Of a DNA stretch of 64,000 nucleotides, positions 30,395-41,187 are shown one piece after another. The translations under genes were made by a program, and so were the position numbers. Numbering within the stretch: position 1 is the stretch's first letter; each line of letters begins with the position of its first letter. Source of the DNA: Bacteroidia bacterium. GTDB taxonomy: Bacteria > Bacteroidota > Bacteroidia > UBA4408. The stretch spans positions 2,566 to 66,565 of the forward strand of contig JALRAS010000002.1 in the NCBI GenBank assembly GCA_023262495.1, read 5' to 3'. The notes under the pieces are model-generated. The model was not told the DNA's origin and did not search any database. It was given only the letters and a program-made list of their open reading frames with translations.

Positions 30395-31936
30395 ATGAGC
30401 AGAAGAGTAAGACTTAGATTTGCGCCAAGCCCAACAGGTCCATTGCACATTGGCGGTGTAAGAACAGCCCTTTACAGTTATTTATATGCCAAACAAAAGG
30501 GTGGTGATTTTTTATTACGCATTGAAGATACCGACCAAACGCGGTTTGTGCCTGGTGCCGAAGAATACATTATTGAATCGCTAAACTGGTGCGGAATTAA
30601 AATTGATGAAGGAGTAAGTATAGGTGGTGTACATGCTCCTTATCGACAAAGTGAAAGAAAAGAACTAGGCATTTATAAAAAATATGCCGAACAGCTCATT
30701 GAAAGCGGTCATGCCTATTATGCGTTTGACACTGCAGAGGAGTTAGACACAGCAAGAAAAACAGCAGAGTCTCAAGGAGCATCTTTTTCATACAATGCCC
30801 AAAGTCGTGGCCAATTGCGCAACTCTTTGAGTTTGCCCGACAGTGAGGTAAAAGCTTTGTTGTCAACCAACAACTTTGTTATTCGCCTAAAAGTAAACGC
30901 TAATGAAGAAATTCATTTAAACGATTTAATCAGAGGCGATGTAAGATTTAACTCCAATATTGTTGATGATAAAGTGCTTTTAAAATCTGATGGTATGCCC
31001 ACTTATCATTTGGCTCATATTGTTGATGACTATTTAATGGAAATTACACATGCCGTTCGTGGTGAAGAGTGGTTGCCAAGTGCCCCCGCCCATGTGCTGA
31101 TTTATCAATATTTAGGTTGGACTGATTTAATGCCTCGATATGCTCATTTACCCCTATTGCTGAAGCCCGATGGCAATGGTAAGTTAAGTAAACGCGATGG
31201 CGACAGACTAGGTTTTCCGGTGTTTCCATTAGAGTGGAAAGATCCATCAACCGGAGAAATATCTAGTGGCTATCGGGAGCGTGGTTATGAACCCGAGGCC
31301 TTTGTAAACATGTTGGCTTTGTTGGGTTGGAACCCCGGAACAGAGCAGGAAATAATGAATATGAGTGAGCTGATTGAAAAATTTTCTTTTGAGCATGTGC
31401 ACAAGGCCGGAGCCAAATTCAATCCTGAAAAAACATTGTGGTTTAACACGCAATATGTGCACCACATGGATAATGATGTTTTGGGAAAAAAGCTTAAAAA
31501 ACAAGTGATTGCAGCTTTAAACACTGAGGAAGATGACGTGCGTTTACAAAACGATTATTTATTTGCCGCTGCCGCTTTAATTAAGCCGCGTGTTCATTTT
31601 ACTTATGAGCTTTTTAATACTGCGAGTTACCTATTTGAGGCTCCAATAGCATATGATAAACAGGTCATAGAAAAGCGCTGGAAACCCGAGTTGCTATCTT
31701 TTTTTACACAGCTTGGAGCTGATTTCGATGCCTTACAAGAATTTACAGCTGTAAATGCCGATGCACAGTTTAAGGCAACTGCCGCCAATGCAGGCATAAA
31801 ACCGGGTGATGTGTTGCAGTTGTTGCGTGTGATGCTCAGTGGACAGGGCAGCGGTGTTGATTTGTTTGGCATGATTGCCTTGTTGGGAAAAACAGAAGTA
31901 ATGGCAAGAATTAAAAAAGCGCTTACCACATTTTAA
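30395..31936 (+). CDS. gltX: glutamate--tRNA ligase
   Basis: RFAPSPTGPLHIGGVRTALYSY HIGH motif and KLSKR. Confidence 0.95.
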   Translation: MSRRVRLRFAPSPTGPLHIGGVRTALYSYLYAKQKGGDFLLRIEDTDQTRFVPGAEEYIIESLNWCGIKIDEGVSIGGVHAPYRQSERKELGIYKKYAEQLIESGHAYYAFDTAEELDTARKTAESQGASFSYNAQSRGQLRNSLSLPDSEVKALLSTNNFVIRLKVNANEEIHLNDLIRGDVRFNSNIVDDKVLLKSDGMPTYHLAHIVDDYLMEITHAVRGEEWLPSAPAHVLIYQYLGWTDLMPRYAHLPLLLKPDGNGKLSKRDGDRLGFPVFPLEWKDPSTGEISSGYRERGYEPEAFVNMLALLGWNPGTEQEIMNMSELIEKFSFEHVHKAGAKFNPEKTLWFNTQYVHHMDNDVLGKKLKKQVIAALNTEEDDVRLQNDYLFAAAALIKPRVHFTYELFNTASYLFEAPIAYDKQVIEKRWKPELLSFFTQLGADFDALQEFTAVNADAQFKATAANAGIKPGDVLQLLRVMLSGQGSGVDLFGMIALLGKTEVMARIKKALTTF

Positions 31937-31959
31937 ATTGAAATAAAAAATAAACCACA

Positions 31960-33612
31960 ATGATTACTGAAAAAGGTCATAACTTTCTTGAGGAAATTAT
32001 TAGCGAAGAGCTGGGTGCCGGAAAATTTCCAAACGGTATTATCACGCGCTTTCCTCCTGAACCCAATGGATATTTACACATAGGGCATGCAAAGTCCATT
32101 TGCTTAAACTTTGGATTAGCCAAGCAGTTTGGCGGCAAAACCAATTTGAGATTTGATGATACCAACCCCGTTACCGAGGACACAGAGTATGTTGAAAGCA
32201 TCATGGAAGATGTGAAATGGCTTGGCTTTGAATGGAGTCAGGTATTGTATTCCTCCGACTATTTTGAAACGCTCTACCAATACGCTGTGAAACTGATTAA
32301 AAAGGGGAAGGCCTATGTGGATGATTCAACGGCTGCCGAGATTGCCGCCTTGAAAGGAACTCCCACAGAGCCCGGAAAACCAGGCCCTTACCGCGACAGA
32401 AGCATAGAGGATAATTTAGCATTATTTGAACGCATGCGTAATGGCGAATTTGCTGATGGTGCCAAGGTGCTTCGTGCCAAGATTGATTTATCATCACCCA
32501 ACATGCACCTGCGCGACCCATTGATGTACCGTATTAAACATGCACACCATCATCGTACAGGCAACAATTGGTGTATTTACCCGATGTATGATTTTGCTCA
32601 CGGACAATGCGACTCAATTGAAGAAATTACACACTCCATTTGCACGCTCGAATTTGAGGTACATAGACCTTTATATGAATGGTTTATCAACGAATTAGAA
32701 ATTTATCCTAGCCGACAGTTTGAGTTTGCACGCCTCAACTTAAACTACACCGTGATGAGCAAGCGTAAGTTATTGCAATTGGTAAACGAAAAGCATGTAA
32801 ACGGTTGGGATGATCCGCGTATGCCTACCATTAGCGGCTTACGCAGGAGAGGTTTTACTCCTGCAAGTATTCGTCATTTTTGTGAAAAAATTGGTGTTGC
32901 CCGTAGAGAAAATGTAATCGACTTTAGTTTGTTGGAGTTTTGTATTCGTGAGGATTTAAACAAAACTGCTCATCGTGTGATGGTGGTGGAGGATCCAATC
33001 AAATTAATCATTAATAATTATCCCGATGGAAAAGTTGAGATGATGCCGGGTGAAGTGAATCCAGAGGATACCGAAAGTGGCACGCGCATGATTCCTTTTT
33101 CTAAAGAACTGCTCATTGAGCGCGAAGACTTTATGGAAAATCCTCCAAAAAAATATTTCCGCTTATTCCCCAATGGCATGGTACGTTTAAAGCATGGCTT
33201 TATTGTAAAGTGCACCGGTTTTGATAAAGATGCCAATGGTAATGTAACCGCAGTTTATTGCGATTACTTTCCTGAAAGCCGCAGCGGACACGACACAAGT
33301 GGCTTAAATGCAAAAGGTGTTTTACACTGGGTAAGCGCAGCACAAGCTATTCCTGTTGAGCTAAGAATTTACGATCGTTTATTCAGTGTTGAAAACCCAA
33401 ATGCTGAGGAGGGTGATTTTAAATCATACTTAAATCCCGACAGTTTAAAAGTTGTGGAAGGTTTTGCAGAACCAGCATTGGCAAGCGCAACGCACGAAAA
33501 TCGCTATCAGTTTTTACGTAAAGGATATTTCTGTTTGGATAAAGACAGCCAACCTCAAAGCATGATTTTTAATCGCACGGTTACCTTAAAAGATGGCTGG
33601 AAGAACAACTAA
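31960..33612 (+). CDS. glnS: glutamine--tRNA ligase
   Basis: [28 protein letters not shown] motif, VMSKR, and GlnRS anticodon-binding beta-barrels. Confidence 0.95.
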   Translation: MITEKGHNFLEEIISEELGAGKFPNGIITRFPPEPNGYLHIGHAKSICLNFGLAKQFGGKTNLRFDDTNPVTEDTEYVESIMEDVKWLGFEWSQVLYSSDYFETLYQYAVKLIKKGKAYVDDSTAAEIAALKGTPTEPGKPGPYRDRSIEDNLALFERMRNGEFADGAKVLRAKIDLSSPNMHLRDPLMYRIKHAHHHRTGNNWCIYPMYDFAHGQCDSIEEITHSICTLEFEVHRPLYEWFINELEIYPSRQFEFARLNLNYTVMSKRKLLQLVNEKHVNGWDDPRMPTISGLRRRGFTPASIRHFCEKIGVARRENVIDFSLLEFCIREDLNKTAHRVMVVEDPIKLIINNYPDGKVEMMPGEVNPEDTESGTRMIPFSKELLIEREDFMENPPKKYFRLFPNGMVRLKHGFIVKCTGFDKDANGNVTAVYCDYFPESRSGHDTSGLNAKGVLHWVSAAQAIPVELRIYDRLFSVENPNAEEGDFKSYLNPDSLKVVEGFAEPALASATHENRYQFLRKGYFCLDKDSQPQSMIFNRTVTLKDGWKNN

Positions 33613-33651
33613 TCAAGATTGGATGTAATAAATCATTATTGTGCCTGTTGG

Positions 33652-34797
33652 CTAGTCATGAAAATACTCTTTCATCCTTTCGAAAAAACTCTTTTCCTTG
33701 CCCGATGGTTTAGGTTTAAAGTTTTCTGACTCGTTTAATTTTTCAAGCGCTTTCGTTTCTTCCTTGCTTAGCTTCTGAGGTATCCACACATTGATGTTTA
33801 CCAACAAATCTCCCTTTTCATAGGAGTTAACGGCAGGCAAACCTTTTCCGCGCAGGCGCAACACCTTACCCGGTTGGGTGCCGGGTTCAATTTTAATTTT
33901 AGCTTTTCCGTCTATCGTAGGCACTTCAATATGCGTGCCGAGTGCAGCATCTGCAACCGAAATATAATGCTCAACAAACAAATTATTGCCATCGCGCTTT
34001 AGCACAGGGTGTTCGGCCTCTTCAATTAAAATCAGCAAATCTCCAGGAACTCCTCCCCTTGCAGCAGCATTCCCTTTTCCACTCATCGAAAGCTGCATGC
34101 CCTCGGCCACACCTGCAGGAATATTGATTGTAATAATTTCTTCTGCTCTGACAATACCATCGCCATAACAGCTCTTGCATTTATCCTTGATCGTTTGCCC
34201 TTCTCCACCGCATGATGGACAGGTGCTAGAGGTTTGCATTTGCCCCAAAATAGTATTCATTACTTTGGTTACCTGCCCTGTACCTCTACAAGTTCCACAA
34301 GAGCTGAAAGCTGAGCCGCCCATTGCTCCCGATCCCGAACAAGTGTTGCAGCTTACATACTTATTTACTTTAATTTTCTTTTCAACCCCAGCCGCTATTT
34401 CCTCTAGTGTCAGTTTTACTTTTACTCTTAAATTGCTTCCCCTGTTGACCCTTCTGCCTTGTCCACCACCACCAAAGCCAAATCCGCCACCGCCACCAAA
34501 AATATCACCAAACTGACTAAAAATATCGTCCATATTCATGCCACCAAAGCCACCTGCACCACCTGCACCCGCTCCGGTAGCTGCATGACCGAATCGATCA
34601 TACTGCGCCTTTTTTTGCGGATTGCTTAATACATCGTATGCTTCTGCCGCTTCTTTAAACTTTTCTTCAGCGGGTTTATCTCCCGGGTTTTTATCGGGAT
34701 GGTATTTCATTGCAAGTTTTCGGTATGCCTTTTTGATCTCGTTTTCATCGGCACCTTTACTTACACCAAGTACTTCATAATAATCTCTTTTGGCCAT
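33652..34797 (-). CDS. dnaJ: molecular chaperone DnaJ
   Basis: J-domain HPDKN, Gly/Phe-rich region, and four CxxCxGxG zinc-finger repeats. Confidence 0.95.
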   Translation of the reverse strand: MAKRDYYEVLGVSKGADENEIKKAYRKLAMKYHPDKNPGDKPAEEKFKEAAEAYDVLSNPQKKAQYDRFGHAATGAGAGGAGGFGGMNMDDIFSQFGDIFGGGGGFGFGGGGQGRRVNRGSNLRVKVKLTLEEIAAGVEKKIKVNKYVSCNTCSGSGAMGGSAFSSCGTCRGTGQVTKVMNTILGQMQTSSTCPSCGGEGQTIKDKCKSCYGDGIVRAEEIITINIPAGVAEGMQLSMSGKGNAAARGGVPGDLLILIEEAEHPVLKRDGNNLFVEHYISVADAALGTHIEVPTIDGKAKIKIEPGTQPGKVLRLRGKGLPAVNSYEKGDLLVNINVWIPQKLSKEETKALEKLNESENFKPKPSGKEKSFFERMKEYFHD

Positions 34798-34823
34798 TAC
34801 GCTTTGTTTTAAATACTTAATTT

Positions 34824-35420
34824 TTAATTGCCAACTATTACCTTAGCATATCTAATCACCTTTCCATTAAGAGCATAGCCACGTTCTACCTCATCAATCA
34901 CCTTTCCTTTCATATCCTCGGATGGTGCAGGAACATTGGTGATTGCCTCATGTATATCTGCATCAAAAGTGGTGCCTATACTATTAAGTGGCTCGAGGCC
35001 TTTTGCTGTTAACGTTTTGTTGAGTTTATTATAAATAAGATCAACTCCTTCTTTTAAAGCGTTGATATCAGCCGCATCATTCATGGCCTTTAAACCTCTT
35101 TCGAAATCATCGAGCACGGGCAAAATTGATTTAAAAATATCTTCCCCTGCAGTTTTGGCAAGCTCAATGCGCTCTTTGGCAGTTCTTTTGCGATAATTAT
35201 CAAACTCGCTAAACAATCGCAAATACTTATCATTCAACTCAGCCAATTGCTCTTCTAGCTTGGCCGTAGGAGTGGTTTCTGCTTGAGGCAACTCCTCCTC
35301 AGCATGATTTTCAGGAACACTATTTTCAATCTTAGTTTCATCCTGCTCTGTGGCAGGATCAATATTTTCCTTGTTTGTTTCTTCCATTTTTCCGAATATC
35401 TTTTTAATTTTTGATCTCAT
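34824..35420 (-). CDS. grpE: nucleotide exchange factor GrpE
   Basis: GrpE coiled-coil and C-terminal beta-domain, immediately upstream of dnaJ. Confidence 0.9.
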   Translation of the reverse strand: MRSKIKKIFGKMEETNKENIDPATEQDETKIENSVPENHAEEELPQAETTPTAKLEEQLAELNDKYLRLFSEFDNYRKRTAKERIELAKTAGEDIFKSILPVLDDFERGLKAMNDAADINALKEGVDLIYNKLNKTLTAKGLEPLNSIGTTFDADIHEAITNVPAPSEDMKGKVIDEVERGYALNGKVIRYAKVIVGN

Positions 35421-35668
35421 GTTGAGCTTGCAAAGCTAACAAATTTGTTGCCACTGCTTATTTATAGACATTTTGGCAGTTAGTCCCTTTGGCAATAATA
35501 ATTTGGTTGAGCTTTTTACACAACTGTTTTATAACATGTTAACATGCAAAGCACTGAATTAAAGACATTAATTTTGAAATATTCAATAATAAGACTACAT
35601 TTGCACCCGCTTCAGATAAGGTTTTTCTAAAGGAGTGTTTTAAAAGTAGATTCGTTCTAAACATATAT

Positions 35669-35742
<74 letters not shown>

Positions 35743-35747
35743 TAAGA

Positions 35748-35776
35748 AAAAGCCGCAATCTTTGCGGCTTTTTTAA
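35748..35776 (+). terminator. rho-independent terminator after tRNA-Met
   Basis: aaaaagccgcaatctttgcggctttttt is a GC-rich hairpin plus a T-run. Confidence 0.75.
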
Positions 35777-36037
35777 TTGATGGAATTTGTAGTTTATATA
35801 TTGTACTCCTTAAAAAACGGTAGAAATTACACCGGTTATACAAGCTCCTTGTTAGAGAGAATCAAATCTCATAATTTTTATGGAAAAGATGGCACGGCAC
35901 ATCATCGCCCTTGGATTGTGGTGCATGTCGAGTTTTTTACAAACCAAGCAGAAGCATTGAAAAGAGAAAAGTATTTTAAGTCAGGAAGAGGAAGTATACT
36001 GAAAAATAAAATTATTAAAGATTTTATTAACGTGTAG
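35777..36037 (+). CDS. GIY-YIG nuclease family protein (small, stand-alone)
   Basis: FVVYILYSLKNGRNYTGYTSSLLERIKSHN is the GIY-x10-YIG core with Arg and His. 86 aa, inserted between the tRNA-Met and a partial tRNA repeat. Confidence 0.8.
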   Translation: MMEFVVYILYSLKNGRNYTGYTSSLLERIKSHNFYGKDGTAHHRPWIVVHVEFFTNQAEALKREKYFKSGRGSILKNKIIKDFINV

Positions 36038-36125
36038 GGCTCATACCCTTCCCTTCCCCATAGGATGGGAAGGGCGTCCGTTCGAGCATGACCTTCTTTT
36101 AGGAAGGTTCGGGCCCCCGCTACTA
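36037..36125 (+). repeat. degenerate duplicate of the tRNA-Met 3' half (anticodon stem to 3' end) with two hairpin insertions
   Basis: Shares gggctcata, cgtccgttcgag and cgggcccccgctactaa blocks with the tRNA at 35669. It is interrupted by ccttcccttcccc-atagga-tgggaaggg and ccttc-tttt-aggaagg hairpins. Confidence 0.7.
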
Positions 36126-36154
36126 AACACAAATTCTCTTGTTTTTGTGAATTT

Positions 36155-36190
36155 AAAAGCGATACAGTACTGTGTCGCTTTTTTTGCATC
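36155..36190 (+). terminator. terminator-like hairpin plus T-run (copy 1 of a repeat flanking fic)
   Basis: aaaagcgatacagtactgtgtcgctttttttgc. Confidence 0.55.
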
Positions 36191-36237
36191 CCTCATTGCT
36201 ATTGAGTTGAAGCCATAACTTAATGAAAATATACTGT

Positions 36238-37389
36238 TCACTTTTTTAGTTTAAGGGGCACAAGGCTATAATTTGTACTTCTCCCACCCTCAGGCTCTTT
36301 TTCTAGAACACCATGGAATATTAAATTTTGAATATCACGCCCAGCCGTATCTTGCGAACAGTTGGCAATTTTCGCCCATTTTGAAGATGTAAGTTTTCCG
36401 ACAAAATCCCCCAATAGCATATTCAGGAGTTTTTTTTGGCGATCATTTAAGGTCAGTTGCGACAGGCGGTTCCAATAATGCGCTTTGTATATTATGTTTG
36501 CAAGACTTTCTTCAGCGTGTGTCAATGCATTTTCAAGACATTCGAGAAACCATACTATCCAATTGGTAATGTCTAACGTTCCTTTTTGGGTTCGCTCAAG
36601 AATATCGTAATAGGCTGATCGCTGCTTACGGATTTGAGCAGACATGCTATAAAACCTATATGGAACACCATCGCTACGAGTTAACATCATATCAGCAATC
36701 GTCCTTGATATCCTACCATTGCCATCGTCAAAAGGGTGAAGCGTTACAAACCACAAGTGTGCGACCGCAGCTTTTATTATTTTATGATGCTCTTCATTTT
36801 TATTGAACCATTCCAGAAAGTTTGTCATTTCCTTGGGGATTACTTTCGCTTCTGGAGCCTGAAAATGAACTTTTTCTTTCCCTATTGCTCCTGATACAAC
36901 TTGCATCGGATCTTGCGGTTCATTATTTCGCCAGTTGCCAACGATTATTTTAGACATGCCGCTCCTACCAGTTGGAAAATGAGCGGAATGCCATGCAAAA
37001 AGGCGTTCTTCATTCAATTCATCCTGAAAATTCTTTGTAGCATCCAGCATAACCTCAACGACACCATCAACATCTCGTTCAGAAGGAACAAGACCAGCTA
37101 TATCCATGCCGAGGCGTCTTGCAATTGAAGAACGGACTTGGGCATAGTCCAAAATCTCTCCTTCGATTTCATTCGATTTAAGAATTTCCATGGTCATCGT
37201 ATTTAACGAAGCCTCATCTCGTAAAGCGAATCCTAAAGCCTCCATTTGACCTATTAAGTGACCTTGTTTATAGGTTAAATTAACAAGGGTTTGATAAAAT
37301 TTTTCTTGATCCCAAGTGAATGATGGCCAACCTGATTTTTGATATATATACATGTTAATCTCCGCAATTTGTGCGTCTAATATACGCAT
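36238..37389 (-). CDS. fic: Fic family protein (class II, N-terminal inhibitory helix SxxxEG; probable AMP-transferase) with C-terminal winged-helix
   Basis: Fic motif HPFDDGNGRISR. N-terminal SNEIEG inhibitory motif. DUF4172-like N terminus (IYQKSGWPSF). C-terminal wHTH. Confidence 0.9.
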   Translation of the reverse strand: MRILDAQIAEINMYIYQKSGWPSFTWDQEKFYQTLVNLTYKQGHLIGQMEALGFALRDEASLNTMTMEILKSNEIEGEILDYAQVRSSIARRLGMDIAGLVPSERDVDGVVEVMLDATKNFQDELNEERLFAWHSAHFPTGRSGMSKIIVGNWRNNEPQDPMQVVSGAIGKEKVHFQAPEAKVIPKEMTNFLEWFNKNEEHHKIIKAAVAHLWFVTLHPFDDGNGRISRTIADMMLTRSDGVPYRFYSMSAQIRKQRSAYYDILERTQKGTLDITNWIVWFLECLENALTHAEESLANIIYKAHYWNRLSQLTLNDRQKKLLNMLLGDFVGKLTSSKWAKIANCSQDTAGRDIQNLIFHGVLEKEPEGGRSTNYSLVPLKLKK

Positions 37390-37458
37390 TAATCTCCGCT
37401 TTGCAAATTTACTCCTTAATTATTGCGGAGATTAAGCTGCTTAATCTCCGCAATAATT
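37353..37458. promoter_or_regulatory. array of four TTAATCTCCGC(AAT) motif copies around the fic start, including a perfect 20-bp-arm palindrome
   Basis: Direct copies at 37353-37366 (inside the first codons) and 37388-37399 (overlapping the ATG). Palindrome aattattgcggagattaagc-t-gcttaatctccgcaataatt at 37418-37458. Confidence 0.5.
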
Positions 37459-37664
37459 GATTTCTATACTTATGTTGACAAGGCAAAAAGCCAACAAAAT
37501 GGATTTTCGTTTTTAGAACTCTGGTCTCAAACATGTCTTAATTTTTCTTCTAAAATTTTAAGACATTATTATTTTACAGACTTATAATTTTTAATGAATA
37601 TATAGAAATACTGGGTCAAAATTAAGTCCACTATCAGGTTCTACAGTGAGCCATCCACCGCTAA

Positions 37665-37700
37665 TTTTAGAGCGATACAAATTGTATCGCTTTTTTTGCC
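37665..37700 (+). terminator. terminator-like hairpin plus T-run (copy 2 of a repeat flanking fic)
   Basis: ttttagagcgatacaaattgtatcgctttttttgcc. It shares the stem sequence agcgataca/tgtNtcgc and the tttttttgc tail with the 36155 copy. Confidence 0.55.
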
Positions 37701-37868
37701 AATATTTAAATTTTCAAGTTCAATAATCAATAAAAATGAGCTTTGTTTGCTGCAATATCAAGCTCAAATTTCTTTTACCAGGCGGGCATACAAAATCAAC
37801 ATTGAGTTTTTACAACCACAAAAAAAACCGAAGATTACTCCCCGGCCTCTTAAAATCATGATTTAAAT

Positions 37869-38687
37869 TTAAGCACCATCGCCATCTAACAAATTGCCCA
37901 AACCGCCTAAAATACTGCCCTCCTCTTTTCTTCCTCCGGCTGAACCATATTGTAATATTCTGCTGGCTAAACGGCTAATTGGCAATGATTGAATCCAAAC
38001 GGTACCTGGGCCTGTTAATGTTGCAAAAAACAAACCTTCGCCACCAAAAATGGTGTTCTTAATTCCACCCACAAATTGGATGTCGTAGTTAATCATTGAC
38101 GTAAAAGCCACAATACAACCGGTATCAATTTTTAAAGTTTCGCCCGGCTTAAGGTTACGCTCAAGAATGGTGCCGCCTGCATGCACAAAAGCCATGCCAT
38201 CGCCTTCTAATTTTTGCATGATAAAGCCCTCACCACCAAATAATCCGGTGCCCAACTTTCTTTGAAATTCAATACCCACACTTACACCTTTTGCCGCACA
38301 TAAAAATGCATCCTTTTGACAAACTACACGGCCTTGTAATTGATACAAATCCATAGGTATGATTTTACCCGGATAGGGTGATGCAAATGATACACGTTTT
38401 TTTCCAACACCCATGTTGGTGAATGCTGTCATGAATAAACTCTCTCCGGTTAACAAGCGCTTTCCTGCCGAAAACAGTTTACCCATAAATCCACCGCCCT
38501 GCTGCTTACTGCCGTCACCAAAAATGGTTTCCATTTGTATTTCGTTGTCCATCATCATGAAGCTGCCCGACTCTGCCACAACTGTTTCCTGGGGATCAAG
38601 CTCAATTTCTACACATTGCATTTCTTCACCGAAAATGCGATAGTCTATTTCGTGATTGTTTTTCATAGTTTTAAAATTTGATGACAA
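37869..38687 (-). CDS. AIM24/TIGR00266 family protein
   Basis: About 270 aa, Gly-rich beta protein. N terminus [35 protein letters not shown] is typical of the family. C-terminal Gly-rich tail. Confidence 0.55.
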   Translation of the reverse strand: MSSNFKTMKNNHEIDYRIFGEEMQCVEIELDPQETVVAESGSFMMMDNEIQMETIFGDGSKQQGGGFMGKLFSAGKRLLTGESLFMTAFTNMGVGKKRVSFASPYPGKIIPMDLYQLQGRVVCQKDAFLCAAKGVSVGIEFQRKLGTGLFGGEGFIMQKLEGDGMAFVHAGGTILERNLKPGETLKIDTGCIVAFTSMINYDIQFVGGIKNTIFGGEGLFFATLTGPGTVWIQSLPISRLASRILQYGSAGGRKEEGSILGGLGNLLDGDGA

Positions 38688-38851
38688 AATTAGTATAAAA
38701 TTAATTCAAAAATTGTTGCTCATTTAATTGAAATCTGTCGCGTCATAGAGAACACCTAATTGGGCAAGCGCACTGTTAAACAACGCTTAAAATTAAACAA
38801 TTGTGCAGGCATTACGAAAATATTTTTTAAACTTCGCATAAAATTCACATT

Positions 38852-40516
38852 ATGAAAAAATTTCGTTTGAGTATACTCACGCTTACCGTAATCGTTTCAA
38901 CAACTTTACATGCGGCAGATATTAATGTAAAACCCCAAACCAAGGAGGTACTCGTTTATCTTCAAAATGCGCAAGTAAGCGCTGTGGCAGAGGTTAGTTT
39001 AACTCCGGGAATGCACAACATTATTTTAGAAGATCTTTCGCAATACCTTGATGAAAATAGCGTACAAATTAAAGGAGATGCTGATTTTACTATTTTATCG
39101 GTGGTAACAAAAAAAAATTATTTAGGAGAAGAGCGAAAAGAGCCCAAACTGAAAGCCCTCGAAGACAGTATTGATGTGATTAATACAAAATTAACTGCTG
39201 TTAAAAATCAGCTTGATGCACTAAATGAGGAGTTGGCAATGATAAAGGCCAACCAAAGCATAACAGGCGACAATGTAGGTGTAAGCACACTTGAACTGGA
39301 AAAAATGGCCAACTTTTATCGTGGACGCATGCTCGAGATACACAACAAACAATCAGAAAATGAGCGGAAACAAGGAAAGCTGCGTGAGAAAATGCAGACA
39401 CTTCAAAATCAATATGTGCAATTAAAAAATCAACAAACTAAAGTGTTTAGTGAAATAACGCTTGCTATCAAATGTAATTCCTCCACCAAGTCAAAAATTC
39501 AATTAACGTATATGGTTGCCAATGCCGGTTGGATGCCTTTTTACGACATTAAATCTGAATCATTAAATGAACCAATAACTATTTTGGGTAAAGCCAATGT
39601 ATATCAAAATACAGGAGAGGATTGGAAAAATGTTAAGCTGTCGTTAAGCACAGGTAATCCAACTTACAGCAATGCAAAACCTAATCTATATCCTTACACG
39701 TTAATGCTTAGCAATCCTGACCAATTATATAAAAAAGGCTACAGCAGGAGCATGGAATTGCCTACCTCAAATTCAGCCGGCATTGTAATGGAAGCACCCG
39801 CTGCTGCTGACGTAAGGATACGCGGAGGCAGAAATGAAAAAGAAGAAGCATATATTGATGGAATAAGAACCAAGAATACATCGGAATACACCAATAATAC
39901 TGAAAATCAAACCAATAATATTTTTGATATTTCTATTCCATACAGCATACCCTCTGACGGTAAAGAGTATGTAGTGGCGATTCAAGAATACAAAGCACCC
40001 GCCATATATTCTTATAGTGCTATTCCAAAACTTGACAAAGATGCTTTTTTGTTGGCCAACCTCATCAATTGGGACCAAACCGGTTTGCTTCCGGGTGATG
40101 CCAACTTGTTTAACGAAGGCACCTTTGTTGGCAAATCATATTTTGAAACCCGTGTTACCAATGATACCATTCCTGTGTCGCTTGGTCGCGAAAAAAATAT
40201 CATTTTAGATCGCAAAAAAGTAAAGAGTTTTACTGAAAAAAACTTTACAGGAGGTACCAAAAAAACAACGCTAGAGTTTGAAATTACGGTACGCAACAAA
40301 AAGAAATCTGAGGTTGAAATTACGATTGAAGATCAAATACCTTTAACTAATACCGTAGAGGTTAGCATTGAGCTCATTAACGGAAGCAACGCTTCTTATG
40401 TGAAAGAAACAGGTAAACTAAAATGGGTGATAAAATTAAAACCATCTGAAAGCAATACGCTTAAGTTTGGTTATGTGATTAAGTATCCTAAAAGGTACAA
40501 TATTTCCAATTTGTAA
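38852..40516 (+). CDS. DUF4140/DUF4139 (MuiA-like) family secreted protein
   Basis: Signal peptide. N-terminal region resembles DUF4140. Long coiled-coil. About 550 aa, typical of this Bacteroidota family. Confidence 0.45.
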   Translation: MKKFRLSILTLTVIVSTTLHAADINVKPQTKEVLVYLQNAQVSAVAEVSLTPGMHNIILEDLSQYLDENSVQIKGDADFTILSVVTKKNYLGEERKEPKLKALEDSIDVINTKLTAVKNQLDALNEELAMIKANQSITGDNVGVSTLELEKMANFYRGRMLEIHNKQSENERKQGKLREKMQTLQNQYVQLKNQQTKVFSEITLAIKCNSSTKSKIQLTYMVANAGWMPFYDIKSESLNEPITILGKANVYQNTGEDWKNVKLSLSTGNPTYSNAKPNLYPYTLMLSNPDQLYKKGYSRSMELPTSNSAGIVMEAPAAADVRIRGGRNEKEEAYIDGIRTKNTSEYTNNTENQTNNIFDISIPYSIPSDGKEYVVAIQEYKAPAIYSYSAIPKLDKDAFLLANLINWDQTGLLPGDANLFNEGTFVGKSYFETRVTNDTIPVSLGREKNIILDRKKVKSFTEKNFTGGTKKTTLEFEITVRNKKKSEVEITIEDQIPLTNTVEVSIELINGSNASYVKETGKLKWVIKLKPSESNTLKFGYVIKYPKRYNISNL

Positions 40517-40588
40517 TAACGTTGCCACAGATTAAAAACTATCATCTTATATTTAAATTCATTCATTCATCTTTACAAAAAAACTAAC

Positions 40589-41042
40589 ATGGCCTACCCA
40601 AACATTTTCGATAATAACACCACTACTTTATTGATTTCTAGGCCAAATAAATTAAATGCCAACTCCATTGCTTTATGGGGAAAAATGAATATTGGACAAA
40701 TGCTGCATCATATTAACTTATGACATCACTTTTCACAAGCATGACCCTAAAACTCCGGCCTTTGTTAAGTTTATGTTGAAAACCTTTGTTAAAAGCACTG
40801 TAGTTGGAGATAAACCCTACAAAAGGAATTCTCCTACAGCCAAATATTTAGTAATGACATCGGATTTTGATTTTGAAAAAGAAAAAGAAGCATTAATTAG
40901 CAATCTTAAAGATGCTGAAGAAAAAGGTCCAACCTACTTTGAAGGCAAAGATAGCAATGGTTTTGGAAAGTTAACTTCTAAAGAATGGAGCCACATGTTG
41001 TACAAACATATCGATCATCATTTTAGTCAGTTTGGGGTGTAG
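40589..41042 (+). pseudogene. DUF1569 (DinB/YfiT-like) gene disrupted by a frameshift near 40700-40721
   Basis: Frame A 40589-40721 reads MAYPNIFDNNTTTLLISRPNKLNANSIALWGKMNIGQMLHHINL*. Frame B (ORF 40692-41042) continues ...TYDITFHKHDPKTPAFVKFMLKTFVK...HIDHHFSQFGV. Joined together they match the DUF1569 family end-to-end. Confidence 0.6.
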
Positions 41043-41187
41043 AAAAACTTTTTTAAAGTTGAACTAAAGCCGCGCAAGGGACAGCGCCATTTGTTTGAGC
41101 TCTTTTTGCGCATGAACTGTGCGCTGGCAAAAAAGCGAGTGGTCCCTCCGCAGGTTGGGACACCCCAACAGGTATATGCACTCATAT

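Noticed and set aside
34175-34516. 113-aa + strand ORF rich in Pro (…[12 protein letters not shown])
   Set aside because: It is antisense to the Gly/Phe-rich linker of dnaJ. It is a shadow ORF created by GGN codons read on the other strand.
35440-35660. CIRCE/HrcA operator upstream of grpE-dnaJ
   Set aside because: No TTAGCACTC-N9-GAGTGCTAA-like inverted repeat is present.
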